64,000 nt of DNA from a virus (taxonomy: Duplodnaviria; Caudoviricetes): IMG/VR virus record IMGVR_UViG_3300032677_000029, positions 148 to 64,147 of that record. One strand, 5' to 3'. Below, piece after piece: positions 45,501 through 54,076 of the stretch (position 1 is the first letter of the stretch; each line of letters opens with the position of its first letter). The notes under the pieces are model-generated. The model did no database searches, was not told the DNA's origin, and saw only the letters and a list, made by a program, of their open reading frames with translations. A program made the translations under genes and the position numbers.

Positions 45501-48107
45501 AGATATACCTTTATTCTTAATCCCTGCTTCACCTTCAAACTTAGCAATTAAAGAATGTAGGAAGCCATGTACCGTTTCATGTAACACAGTATGGGAATTA
45601 ACATAGCCTTCTTGTATTTGTACTGTATCTGTAAACGGATTGTACTGTCCTACACCGTCTTTAATAACACCAGCTTGTACTATTTCAATCTTAGGTAAGC
45701 TACCTTTATTTGCCAAGAGGCGATTTGAAACCAGTTTCTCTAAGATATTAAAATCAGCAGAGGTGCCTTTTGCAATTTCGTTTAAAGCGCCGAGTAAATC
45801 ACCACGTTTAACAGCATCAGTTACAACTGAAGAATTAACCCCGCTAGGGATTTCCGTAGTCATTTTGACTTTGGGCTGTTCAACTTTCCGCTTAGCTTCT
45901 TGTTTTTTAACTCGCTCATTTTCATTTTTTTGCATTGTTTCAATAGGATACCTATTGGCAATATCTTTATTTTCTAATGCTTGAAGCTCATCAATTTTCT
46001 TTTGTACATAAGCTTTTTGTTCTTCTGATAAACCACGATGAAAACGCTTAGCCTCTTTAAGATTTTCTCCACTATGCAAATCACCAGCTACATAATCCAA
46101 AGAACGTTGTACTGTATTTATTTTGCCAGCGTCATTAGCTCTACCAACCATATAATTAGCAGCTGCTTCTTCGTATTCCCTAATTTGACGTTTGTTTAGA
46201 TTAGGCGCTTGTGGTGTCGTTAATGCTTGTTCTGCTGGGGCTTGCGCTAATGCACTTGCGACTTGTGTTTCTCCGCCAATAGGTTGTCCAATAACATTCC
46301 CAACAGGAACCATTCCTCGTCGTTCAGTTGGTCCAACTCCGGCGGCGGCATTTGGTCCGTTGCTAGGCAATGAAAGGCTTGATTCACTTGGTCCGCCGAT
46401 AGGTGTAGTAGTCTCTCTAACATCTTTATTCTCCAAGGGTGCTTGAGTTGATTGTCCAAGTTCTGCATCTAATTCTGCCTGTAAAGATGCCTGTTCATCA
46501 GGCGTTGGGGCTTCTTCTGCTGCACGTTCTTCTGCAGTTGGCTTTAATTTCTTCATGCGCTTTTTAGGCTCAGGAATAGTTACTGCGGGAGCATTTACTA
46601 CAGGGGTTACTTGTGCTGCTGGTAAAAATTCGGGACGAGCTAAAAAGTCTGTTACGGCATTAGTAATACGGGGACTACGTCCTTGATCTAAATATGATTC
46701 TAACGTAGTTTTAACTTCCGCAGCTTGGGCTGGATTAGTAAGGTCTTTACCAATCAATGCTTCACGAATAGTTTTATTCGTATGCCCAATATTCATGTTC
46801 CTAATATCGGTTTCTGTAATTGGTTTAGTTGTTGGTGCTACGGGCTGTGGAGCAAACTGCTGTTGTAATTCTCCAGTAGGAGCCTCGGGGGCATTTTGAT
46901 TCTGAAATTTGTTGGCTTCACTTGGAAAAGACATACTTCCATCAGGATGCACAAACATTGTTTGCTGTCCATAAGTAGTAGGTGTTTGTACACTTGGGTC
47001 ATGTGGAAGAGCTAGAGTTACCGGCTGAGGGGTATTTGTTTCTATTGCTTTAGCATGAGCTTCATGCGCTGCAGGATCATTAGTATCGTTAACGTGCCCA
47101 GCAATACCACCAAAAATACCACCGCCTAATGCACCAAGTCCAGCTGCCGAGCCAACGCCTTTAGTTAAACTTGTTTCGGGTAATGCTTCTTTTACATTTA
47201 CATTAGATGCAAACTTACCACCACCTTCTTCCAACGCCTCACTTGCGGCTTCTTCTGCAAGACCTTTAAGAATACCTTTAGCGCCTACTCCAGTAGCACC
47301 TTTACCAGCAAGCATCTTCTCAATAGTAGTACCACCGGGAAGTTTAGTTGCAGCAAACGAAATACCAGCAGCTTCAATAGCCGCCATACGCCCTTTAGCT
47401 AATGCAATACCATTAAGCTGGTCATCATCCATATCAGGATTTTGTTTTTTAAGCTGGTCGTAAACTGTATGATAAGTATCTGAACCAATGTCAGCACCCT
47501 GCATAACGGCATTAGTAGCTACTGCACCTTTAATACCAGCCTCGCCTATGTGTTTTATAACCCCTTCAGAACCCAAAGCTGTCTTAACTGCGTCTGACAT
47601 AAGTGCTTTAGTAGTCCCTCTAGCAATCATACCGCCACCCCAAGAACCAACTAGGTTAGGTAATTGCTCAGCAAAGAAAGATGTTAATAATGCTGGGTCT
47701 TTAATTGTTTCTTTAATAGCCGTACCAAACTCAGGCAATATACCTTCAGCGGCGGCAATCTTTTGGTCTCGGACATACTCTTTACCTTTAAGAGTCGCAG
47801 ATTTGCTTTCTTGCCCAAACTGTTCAAGACGCTTACCAACACCTTGTAATCCCGTATCTTCAGACTGAGGACTAGTAAGTCCAGTTAATTCGCCAATTTG
47901 TCCAGGAAGTTGTGCAAGTTGTCCTACACCTCTAGTTAAGCTAGCACCAATATCAGTAACGGCTTCGCCCCATCCGCGTTTTGTTTTAGCGGCTATTTCT
48001 GGAAACTTAGGAAGAATATCGTTGTGAATAGCAGATGCAATATCATCCTGACTCATATTGTCAGGAAAATTCATTGGACCTATTCCTTTTATATCTATTA
48101 CTGGCAT
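42567..48107 (-). CDS. Large internal virion / polyvalent protein (zincin-like HExxH, LPD38-like C-terminus)
   Basis: 1846 aa; VLHETVH...EFASE; PFFGAYLQ, N.DFFTGRSI and DHLIKGYLG motifs; last gene of the ejection block. Confidence 0.7.
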   Translation of the reverse strand: MPVIDIKGIGPMNFPDNMSQDDIASAIHNDILPKFPEIAAKTKRGWGEAVTDIGASLTRGVGQLAQLPGQIGELTGLTSPQSEDTGLQGVGKRLEQFGQESKSATLKGKEYVRDQKIAAAEGILPEFGTAIKETIKDPALLTSFFAEQLPNLVGSWGGGMIARGTTKALMSDAVKTALGSEGVIKHIGEAGIKGAVATNAVMQGADIGSDTYHTVYDQLKKQNPDMDDDQLNGIALAKGRMAAIEAAGISFAATKLPGGTTIEKMLAGKGATGVGAKGILKGLAEEAASEALEEGGGKFASNVNVKEALPETSLTKGVGSAAGLGALGGGIFGGIAGHVNDTNDPAAHEAHAKAIETNTPQPVTLALPHDPSVQTPTTYGQQTMFVHPDGSMSFPSEANKFQNQNAPEAPTGELQQQFAPQPVAPTTKPITETDIRNMNIGHTNKTIREALIGKDLTNPAQAAEVKTTLESYLDQGRSPRITNAVTDFLARPEFLPAAQVTPVVNAPAVTIPEPKKRMKKLKPTAEERAAEEAPTPDEQASLQAELDAELGQSTQAPLENKDVRETTTPIGGPSESSLSLPSNGPNAAAGVGPTERRGMVPVGNVIGQPIGGETQVASALAQAPAEQALTTPQAPNLNKRQIREYEEAAANYMVGRANDAGKINTVQRSLDYVAGDLHSGENLKEAKRFHRGLSEEQKAYVQKKIDELQALENKDIANRYPIETMQKNENERVKKQEAKRKVEQPKVKMTTEIPSGVNSSVVTDAVKRGDLLGALNEIAKGTSADFNILEKLVSNRLLANKGSLPKIEIVQAGVIKDGVGQYNPFTDTVQIQEGYVNSHTVLHETVHGFLHSLIAKFEGEAGIKNKGISDLKALYEFVKEKHPMLSDRYGMASLTEFASELMSNRDFQEELAQIPYRVEHQSLFTAFIRSVLNALGLSPTQKLSVLARGLMAADQSIAMGRKVQEDVVTGKETIPLAKIDKSALNANYKATGAEQRAKPTEQTGPFQTIKDTVKDSKSFKEGVNRFLNTAETMFFSADAAINNAIRKELERGGKSWETIKQLMFENSTAQATHADAVAMQFLQHGGLEYDPSTYKWKAETDKGNSWSDMVHQLADIAKKNGLSVDEMTNYAQQAFVAERLKGLSQSNREVYSHMTPAQIEAGIDFFKMIPELRDVQKTWNKVRENAMSVAVKSGLYNEAQAKELLDYMDYVPFYREEQLAQNAGPKEYGRGLIDFAKNYKIEGSEQEVANIFDNMERWTSYTISRAVKNRTALNLKNTAQALFPDEVRDLRQDERVKREQNTIDIWEDGIKHKVEFKDPLFVHAFNGIESAAIPHFGIMSSVANILRKNIVLMPLFSISQLSQDSFGAMLTSGLKHPWLLPLEVAKEFTKTLMGRSAAATELSKYGATGVRDYSATFVRDSAEILAGLKKDTKSGAFKRALENFAMASDNAVRQAIYNMTMKETNGDKATAVERAFEIINFKRAGASGKIQMLRQVVPFFGAYLQAQNVIYKTLSGKGIAPQQRAEALKTLASNTLKIGALAFMYAALSADDDEYQKMDPQIRDHHLLIPGTAFMLPLRQDLTLLPKLVAEYTYLGMTDNSFTDGKKIRRAMSNSLSNMVMSPTAVPQAFKPILEVATNHDFFTGRSIIGQGIAGKVTEEQYTATTSELAKFIGSSGLIAPVNVDHLIKGYLGTTGGLGLQMTNAIVNGSNGIPTPEKSWQDAIASTPGLSAFVAKEYGNADKNDYYELRDEVAKANNTFNAMKKDGRYEDAKEFLAENMDLIKVKTQVNNINNQLTKLREHEKQIYAAPETRMSAEQKGDEIKRIRETEKRLLSNVHKLRQIAGY

Positions 48108-48129
48108 AACTACTCCAAATTAAGAAGTG

Positions 48130-49584
48130 TTAACTAAATGTACGAGTGTTTGGGTCGTATGATGGAACTTTTATATCGTTTCCTTGTAGATTTGTCATGG
48201 CTCCGGGTTTATTACCTATAACTTGAGCTTTTCTATACGCATTTATAAGAATTTGATTTTCTCTTTCTGGAGTTAAATCTGCACCACCAATTTTATTTTT
48301 TTCTGCTGCCATATCAGTAGCGTAGATTTTTTGAGCTATACTTTCTAAATGCTGATCTGCTCGTTGTCCAGAAAGGATGCCATTCTTTTGCTGTTCAAGT
48401 CTTGCCCAATCTTGATAATGCTGCTGTGTAATACCTGTCTTATCCGCATCATTTTTGATTTCTTGCTGTTTCATATTAAGCAAAGCAAGTTCTTTATTGG
48501 CGTCGGCTGTATCTTTACGGTATGTAGCAATATCAGAAGCAGCACCTTTAGCGGCTGGTAAAGCGCCTTGAGCAATATTTGTAAGAGCATACTGTGAAGT
48601 ACCCCCCATAATGCCAAGACCGGCTTCAAGTAAACGCATCCATTTAGACTGTTCTTTGTCAGCAGAAGCTTGGGCTCTTTGTTCGTCGTATAGCTTTTGA
48701 TATTTACCAAACATATCAGAGCTAGTATCTGTTTGTTTAATACCTAATTGAGCGGCAGCATCTGCTGCTTTAGCCCCAGTTCTTGCACCAGCCCCAGTAT
48801 CAGCGCTAGGTTTACCAGGAATAACCGCCGGTTTATTAGACTCTTGGTCTTCCATATCTTGAGCAAAAGCAAGGTTTTTAAGAGATACAGGTACAGGTTT
48901 AGCCACAGTTGCGGGGGTAGGACGAGCATCTATATCCGCTTGAGTTAGTGTACCTGCTTGTGCCTTACTTAGTATTTTTGATCTTGGATCAGAGTACATA
49001 TAATCTTTAACAGACTGCAAAGCACCACTAACATTAGGAACATAATCTTTTATACCATTAAAAAAAGCAGCATTTTCTTTTTGATTTTGCGCTATTTGTT
49101 CTGGTGAATTTTGTAAACTACCACGACTTGCAAGCTGCTGCATTTGCTCTGCCGTTAAAGTATTTGGGTCAGTCACTAAACTATTATTATTTTCAGGCGT
49201 AGGTTCTGAAAATGCAACAATACCACCACCAGCAAAGCTTTGCCCACCCATACCACTTGGTAATGCAGCTACGCCTTGGGGTGCTTGTAATCCAGCTACT
49301 CCCTGTGGTGCCTGTTGTGGTGCTGTTTGTGGGGTCATACCTTGCATACCACCCATTGGGGCTTGTGGAGCTAATGCTTTAGATACTAAGTCCTGTGCAA
49401 CTGTTGTAGTAGAAGCTTGACCGGGTTCTAATTTAGTTAAATCTTGGCGGCGTTGAATTTCAGCTAATGCCATGTATTGTGGAATTAAAGGATTTGTACC
49501 TTGCGCATATTGAGCAAGACGGTCCATTCCAACTGAAGGACTTTGTAATTCTCCAGCAATACGATTTAAATTGTCCATGCTCAT
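48130..49584 (-). CDS. Internal virion (ejection) protein
   Basis: 484 aa Gln/Ala-rich, FAGGGIVAF motif. Confidence 0.65.
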   Translation of the reverse strand: MSMDNLNRIAGELQSPSVGMDRLAQYAQGTNPLIPQYMALAEIQRRQDLTKLEPGQASTTTVAQDLVSKALAPQAPMGGMQGMTPQTAPQQAPQGVAGLQAPQGVAALPSGMGGQSFAGGGIVAFSEPTPENNNSLVTDPNTLTAEQMQQLASRGSLQNSPEQIAQNQKENAAFFNGIKDYVPNVSGALQSVKDYMYSDPRSKILSKAQAGTLTQADIDARPTPATVAKPVPVSLKNLAFAQDMEDQESNKPAVIPGKPSADTGAGARTGAKAADAAAQLGIKQTDTSSDMFGKYQKLYDEQRAQASADKEQSKWMRLLEAGLGIMGGTSQYALTNIAQGALPAAKGAASDIATYRKDTADANKELALLNMKQQEIKNDADKTGITQQHYQDWARLEQQKNGILSGQRADQHLESIAQKIYATDMAAEKNKIGGADLTPERENQILINAYRKAQVIGNKPGAMTNLQGNDIKVPSYDPNTRTFS

Positions 49585-50885
49585 GCTTTATCTCCCAACA
49601 ACTTATGCAAGCGAAGGTCAGCGAGGTCACTACCTTCTTTAATCGAACCGCCCTTTTTCTTAGTCATACCATAAGCCGCTGCGGCAGTTAAACCAAGACC
49701 AGATAATTGAGATGCCGTATTTGGAGCCGCTTGATAGCTTTGCGTAGATGTAGCTTGCAGGGGAAGACCACGTAATAAACCACTTAAGTTAGACAACTGC
49801 ATCATTGGATACTGTTGAGCCGTAGCATAGTTTTGGATTGCTTGGTTAATAACTTGTTGTTGCTGTGCCTGTTGTTGAGCACCTTGCGTAGACTGAGTAT
49901 TAATAATGCCTTGTTGAGCCGCAAGTTGAGAACCACCAATATTTGCCAAATTACCCGCTGCAGTATTGGCTAGACCATAGCCCGCTTGTTGTGCCCCGAC
50001 GCCTTGTAGCCCCGTTTGAGCGCCTTGTAACCCCATACCATAACCTTGCATAGCTTGAGAACCCGCTTGACCAGCACCTTGTAGCCCTTGAGCTATACCT
50101 TGTTGTGCTTGTGCATTACCAGCCAAAGCAGCTTGGTTTGCGGTATTCATTTGGTTTTGTGCGTTGTTATACGCTTGGTTATATCCTTGGCCAATAATTT
50201 GATTTTGAGCCAACATTTGATTTTGTTGATTTAAAGAATTTGCTAGCGCAGAACGTGACCCACCAAAAGCACCGGCAGAAGTAGCAGCACCTTGTTGTTG
50301 TTGTCCAGCTATACCATATTGTTGATTAGCTAGTTGCATCGCTGGATTTAACGCGTTTTGAAGGTATGGGTTCATATACGAAGCTACAGAACCAGGGCCT
50401 TGTGAGGTGTTTTGAGACTGTTGGCCTAAAGATTGCCCAATAGCAGCACCTTGTTGTCCTTGCATTGCACCAGCGTTACCATAAGCACTTGATTGTCCCG
50501 CATATTGTTGTCCTGCTTGAGCGCCTAAATTACCATATGCTTGGCCTTGTTGACCATACGCATTTGCTTGACCTACAGTGCCCAAAGCACCCCTACCTGA
50601 AGCACCAGCAAGCTGACTAGCAGCGCCATATTGACCAGGTACTTGTAAATTAGCTGCACCAGACTGGGCTTGTTGCTGCAAAGGAGAAAAGCCAGCTACA
50701 TAGTCTTGTGGGTTGGTGCTATACGGATTGTACGCATTCATTCCCGTCATGTCAGGATTAAAAACTTGCGACTGCGCCGCTTGCAACATATTCATTACAT
50801 ACGGCTGTGCGTAGTCTGGAATATTAGTATTAGTTACCGTAGTTGAAGTTGGCCCTGAAGGTGCTGGTGATGATGATCCGCCCAT
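49581..50885 (-). CDS. DNA pilot / ejection protein
   Basis: Gln/Gly/Ala-rich, YMNPY and GAFGGSR motifs. Confidence 0.7.
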   Translation of the reverse strand: MGGSSSPAPSGPTSTTVTNTNIPDYAQPYVMNMLQAAQSQVFNPDMTGMNAYNPYSTNPQDYVAGFSPLQQQAQSGAANLQVPGQYGAASQLAGASGRGALGTVGQANAYGQQGQAYGNLGAQAGQQYAGQSSAYGNAGAMQGQQGAAIGQSLGQQSQNTSQGPGSVASYMNPYLQNALNPAMQLANQQYGIAGQQQQGAATSAGAFGGSRSALANSLNQQNQMLAQNQIIGQGYNQAYNNAQNQMNTANQAALAGNAQAQQGIAQGLQGAGQAGSQAMQGYGMGLQGAQTGLQGVGAQQAGYGLANTAAGNLANIGGSQLAAQQGIINTQSTQGAQQQAQQQQVINQAIQNYATAQQYPMMQLSNLSGLLRGLPLQATSTQSYQAAPNTASQLSGLGLTAAAAYGMTKKKGGSIKEGSDLADLRLHKLLGDKA

Positions 50886-50886
50886 A

Positions 50887-51345
50887 TTAATCCTTTAACA
50901 TCTTTGTAAATACTTTGTCTGTCATTTTATAACCTAAATATTCGAACAACTTAGAGTTATCCAAATGAATTTTTGTGTTTACTACCATTCTTTGTACACC
51001 ACGTTCCTTCAATATTTTTTCTGCATACTGAAACAATCTAATACCAATCCTACCTTTGCGATATTCTTTTTTAACAAAATAAATATCTTCTGTTGCTGTT
51101 ACGCAAGACCTATAATGCAGGTGGGGGCTAACAAAAAATATAATATAGCCAACTAATTCACCATCCGCTCTACAAGTAATACATCTAAGCATCCCTGCTT
51201 CTGCACATCTTTTATAAGCCGCATAATCTGGCTCATATGGAAATTCTTTAGTAACACATAACTCTTCGTAATGTTCTGGAAAAAGTCTTTCAAATTCGTC
51301 TACAAATTGGAATCCATCAACGTCTTCATAGGTTATTGTGTTCAT
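50887..51345 (-). CDS. GNAT-family acetyltransferase (tail/ejection block)
   Basis: GELVGY...DIYFVKKEYRKGRIGIRL...FEYLGY. Confidence 0.8.
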   Translation of the reverse strand: MNTITYEDVDGFQFVDEFERLFPEHYEELCVTKEFPYEPDYAAYKRCAEAGMLRCITCRADGELVGYIIFFVSPHLHYRSCVTATEDIYFVKKEYRKGRIGIRLFQYAEKILKERGVQRMVVNTKIHLDNSKLFEYLGYKMTDKVFTKMLKD

Positions 51346-53741
51346 GCTGGTAGATCATTCTCCGCTTTAGAATTAACTGCAAACTTACCTTTACCCATAG
51401 ATTTCTTACGTTTAGCTTGTACTCGTTGCATCATGGCATAAAGTCGCTTAGCCCCTGCATCTGTAGAGCCGTTACCTAATTCTGAAACAATACGTGCAGG
51501 AACTACAAATTCTCCATCTGCAAGTCTAGCCGGTTGGTGCGCTCCAATTTGTGCAGGAATAGAATCACTAACACCATCACCGGGACCTTTTAATAAATGC
51601 CCGCCATCAGAGTATGACCCTAAACTAGAAATGCCGCCACCGCTAGCTTTATATCCTAATTTTTGCAAAGCAAGCATTGCATTCCAATCACCTTTATCTG
51701 CAGCATCTTTAATAGATGCTAGGCCGCCTTCTTCTTGGGCTTGGGCAGTATATTCATCAATAGCCGCCATATCTTTATTACCAACAGGCTTTTGACTACC
51801 TTGGGCGAATGCAGTTAAACCACCACCAGCATAAACTAAATCATCAGGCATTACCCCACCCGCTTTACCACCGCCACCACCATCAGAACCACTTGATTGG
51901 GCTTGAGCTTGAGCTTCGGCTTGTTGTTGAGCAAGTATCGCTTGTTGCGCATTATATGCTGAAGAACCTTGCATTTTTAACGGGTCAATAGCATAACCGG
52001 CAATTCCAGGGTTTGCTCCAGTCGTCATTGGTGCTCTAGTAGGCGTTGGAATTCCTTGTGGGGCTTGTTGCGCATAAGGGGTTTGAGCATAGTTTGCATA
52101 ACTAGGCTGATATATATGACTAGTTGCATCTCCACCACCAGCTAAACTAGTAATACCACCTTCAGCCATATTAGCTGTTGGCTCTCCAGTTAAAGGATTT
52201 GTTTTTGGTTCGTAGCTAGCCATTGTTTGTTGAGCACTAATAGGCATTTGGCTTGGAGTAGCATAATATGAACGTTGCTGTTGACTTTGAGGGTACATAT
52301 CGCCACCCATAAAATTTACATTAGCTGGACCGCTTTGCAATAAACCACCATCAGCAGCCATTACAGCCGAAGAATATTGAGTACCCGTCGGTGCTTTAGG
52401 GTCATATGGGTTTTGTGCGTAGTTGGGATATGTTGCTTGATAATGTTCAGTTGGCGTAGAAGAAACCGTACCTTTATAATTTGGAGATAAACGAGCTAAA
52501 GGTTGATTAACTGTACTTACGCTTGTAACTGGATTAACGGTATTTTGTTTAAATAATGTACCAGACACTAAAGGCATAGCCGCACCAGCAGCAGCCATAG
52601 GATTAGCTTTAACAGCAGTACCAATATCAGAAAGACTTGATATTCCCGTACCAAAATTTTTGGCCATAGAAGCCGCTGGAGCATTTGCATATCCTTGAGA
52701 AAAATCACCTGCCCACTTAGAGTATTGGTCTGGGGTTATTGTTCCTTTATTAAGCATATCCGCCGCATTAGCCGCAGAAGTTGGTGCTGGAGTTCCCGCT
52801 GTAGTTGGTAATGCTTCTTCTACACTTCCTAAAGTTGCTTGTTGTGTACCGTTTTCAAAACCTGTTTTTGCTGCTTCTGTACCTGCTTGTCCAGCTAAGT
52901 CTGATGCGCCCGCACTAGCAAGACCTTCTCCTAAACCACCACCTGACCAAGCACCTAAACCAGCCATCAAACCTTGTTGTAAACTTCCAGTAATAGCATA
53001 ATCACCAGCGCCAACCATTAAGCCAGCGGCCCAAGGGGCTAAAGCGCCATCAGAGGCAATAGTTAAAGCGGCTCCAGCTATCATAGGTAGCATAGAGCTT
53101 AAAAAGCCAGCTTCGTATAGTCCAGTTTGTGGGTTACAGGTTAGCGAACCGCCTTGAGATTTAGCAAGTGCTTGTAGACCGCCAACTTCATTAGGGGTCA
53201 TATGTACTAAAACGGTGTCTTCACCACGTCCTTGCGATTGTACGTGTTTTGCTATATCGTGTAATCCTGATAATTGTTCCACATCGCCTCCTTTGGCGTA
53301 GCTATACCCAGACCCATATCCGCTAGTAGATAGTCCTTCGTTTACATTAGGGTTGGAAGCTATTATTCCATTATATTCTTGATTAAAATTTGAATGTGGA
53401 TGTGCTCTAGCATATTGATCTGCCGCCATTTGTCCCATAACTAAAGGAGTTGCAGCCCCACCTGTAAAGTACATCGCCGCCGCAGCACCCGCAGCATTTG
53501 CTGCCTGAGCGCCAGTATTATCATACCCTTGAGCAGCGTTTTGCTGCATTTCGCCTTGAGTAACCCCACCCATCATATTAACTGTAGGGGTATAATGCTT
53601 ATCCATTGTAGGACCAGCAGTTTTATTTAGAGCATAAGTGGACTCAGGCGTGTTTGCGCCAACCGCAGCTTGTTCTGGATTGTTATAAACGTTTGCCGCT
53701 TGTAAACCTGCTATGTTAGCGAGTCCGCCTAAAAAGCCCAT
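51342..53741 (-). CDS. Internal virion protein with repeated xAxGG motifs and tape-measure-like C-terminal module
   Basis: 799 aa; YAKGG, AADGG, MAEGG, YAGGG, YSDGG; GPGDGVSDSIPA...LADGEFV. Confidence 0.65.
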   Translation of the reverse strand: MGFLGGLANIAGLQAANVYNNPEQAAVGANTPESTYALNKTAGPTMDKHYTPTVNMMGGVTQGEMQQNAAQGYDNTGAQAANAAGAAAAMYFTGGAATPLVMGQMAADQYARAHPHSNFNQEYNGIIASNPNVNEGLSTSGYGSGYSYAKGGDVEQLSGLHDIAKHVQSQGRGEDTVLVHMTPNEVGGLQALAKSQGGSLTCNPQTGLYEAGFLSSMLPMIAGAALTIASDGALAPWAAGLMVGAGDYAITGSLQQGLMAGLGAWSGGGLGEGLASAGASDLAGQAGTEAAKTGFENGTQQATLGSVEEALPTTAGTPAPTSAANAADMLNKGTITPDQYSKWAGDFSQGYANAPAASMAKNFGTGISSLSDIGTAVKANPMAAAGAAMPLVSGTLFKQNTVNPVTSVSTVNQPLARLSPNYKGTVSSTPTEHYQATYPNYAQNPYDPKAPTGTQYSSAVMAADGGLLQSGPANVNFMGGDMYPQSQQQRSYYATPSQMPISAQQTMASYEPKTNPLTGEPTANMAEGGITSLAGGGDATSHIYQPSYANYAQTPYAQQAPQGIPTPTRAPMTTGANPGIAGYAIDPLKMQGSSAYNAQQAILAQQQAEAQAQAQSSGSDGGGGGKAGGVMPDDLVYAGGGLTAFAQGSQKPVGNKDMAAIDEYTAQAQEEGGLASIKDAADKGDWNAMLALQKLGYKASGGGISSLGSYSDGGHLLKGPGDGVSDSIPAQIGAHQPARLADGEFVVPARIVSELGNGSTDAGAKRLYAMMQRVQAKRKKSMGKGKFAVNSKAENDLPA

Positions 53742-53768
53742 AGGCCCCCCTAAGATGGTGTAGTTTGG

Positions 53769-53777
53769 ATTTTATCA
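53769..53777 (-). promoter_or_regulatory. Possible extended -10 promoter
   Basis: TGATAAAAT about 28 nt upstream of the 53741 start. Confidence 0.4.
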
Positions 53778-53779
53778 TG

Positions 53780-54076
53780 TTATACCGTGGTTCCGCTAGC
53801 GTTTTTCCATACAGTGCCGTTCCACCAAATGGGGATGCCCAAAGAAGTATCAAAAAATACCTGTCCAATTAAAAGGTTTTCAGTGGGCCTATTGGCCGTA
53901 GTGTTATTAACTGGAACGGATGTGGCTTGGTTATAGTTATCTAGCTGATTGTAATATAAGCGCAACGCATTATTTAGCTGGTCCTGATACTGCTGACTAT
54001 ATTCTACCGGGGCAACCAATAAATCAGGCGATTTTGGGTACCGTAAAGCACCAATCTTGTTAGCTGTATTTGCCAT
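53780..54076 (-). CDS. Small tail-associated protein
   Basis: LRLYYNQLD coiled coil, TTANRP...FFDTSLG.PIWWNG module. Confidence 0.6.
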   Translation of the reverse strand: MANTANKIGALRYPKSPDLLVAPVEYSQQYQDQLNNALRLYYNQLDNYNQATSVPVNNTTANRPTENLLIGQVFFDTSLGIPIWWNGTVWKNASGTTV

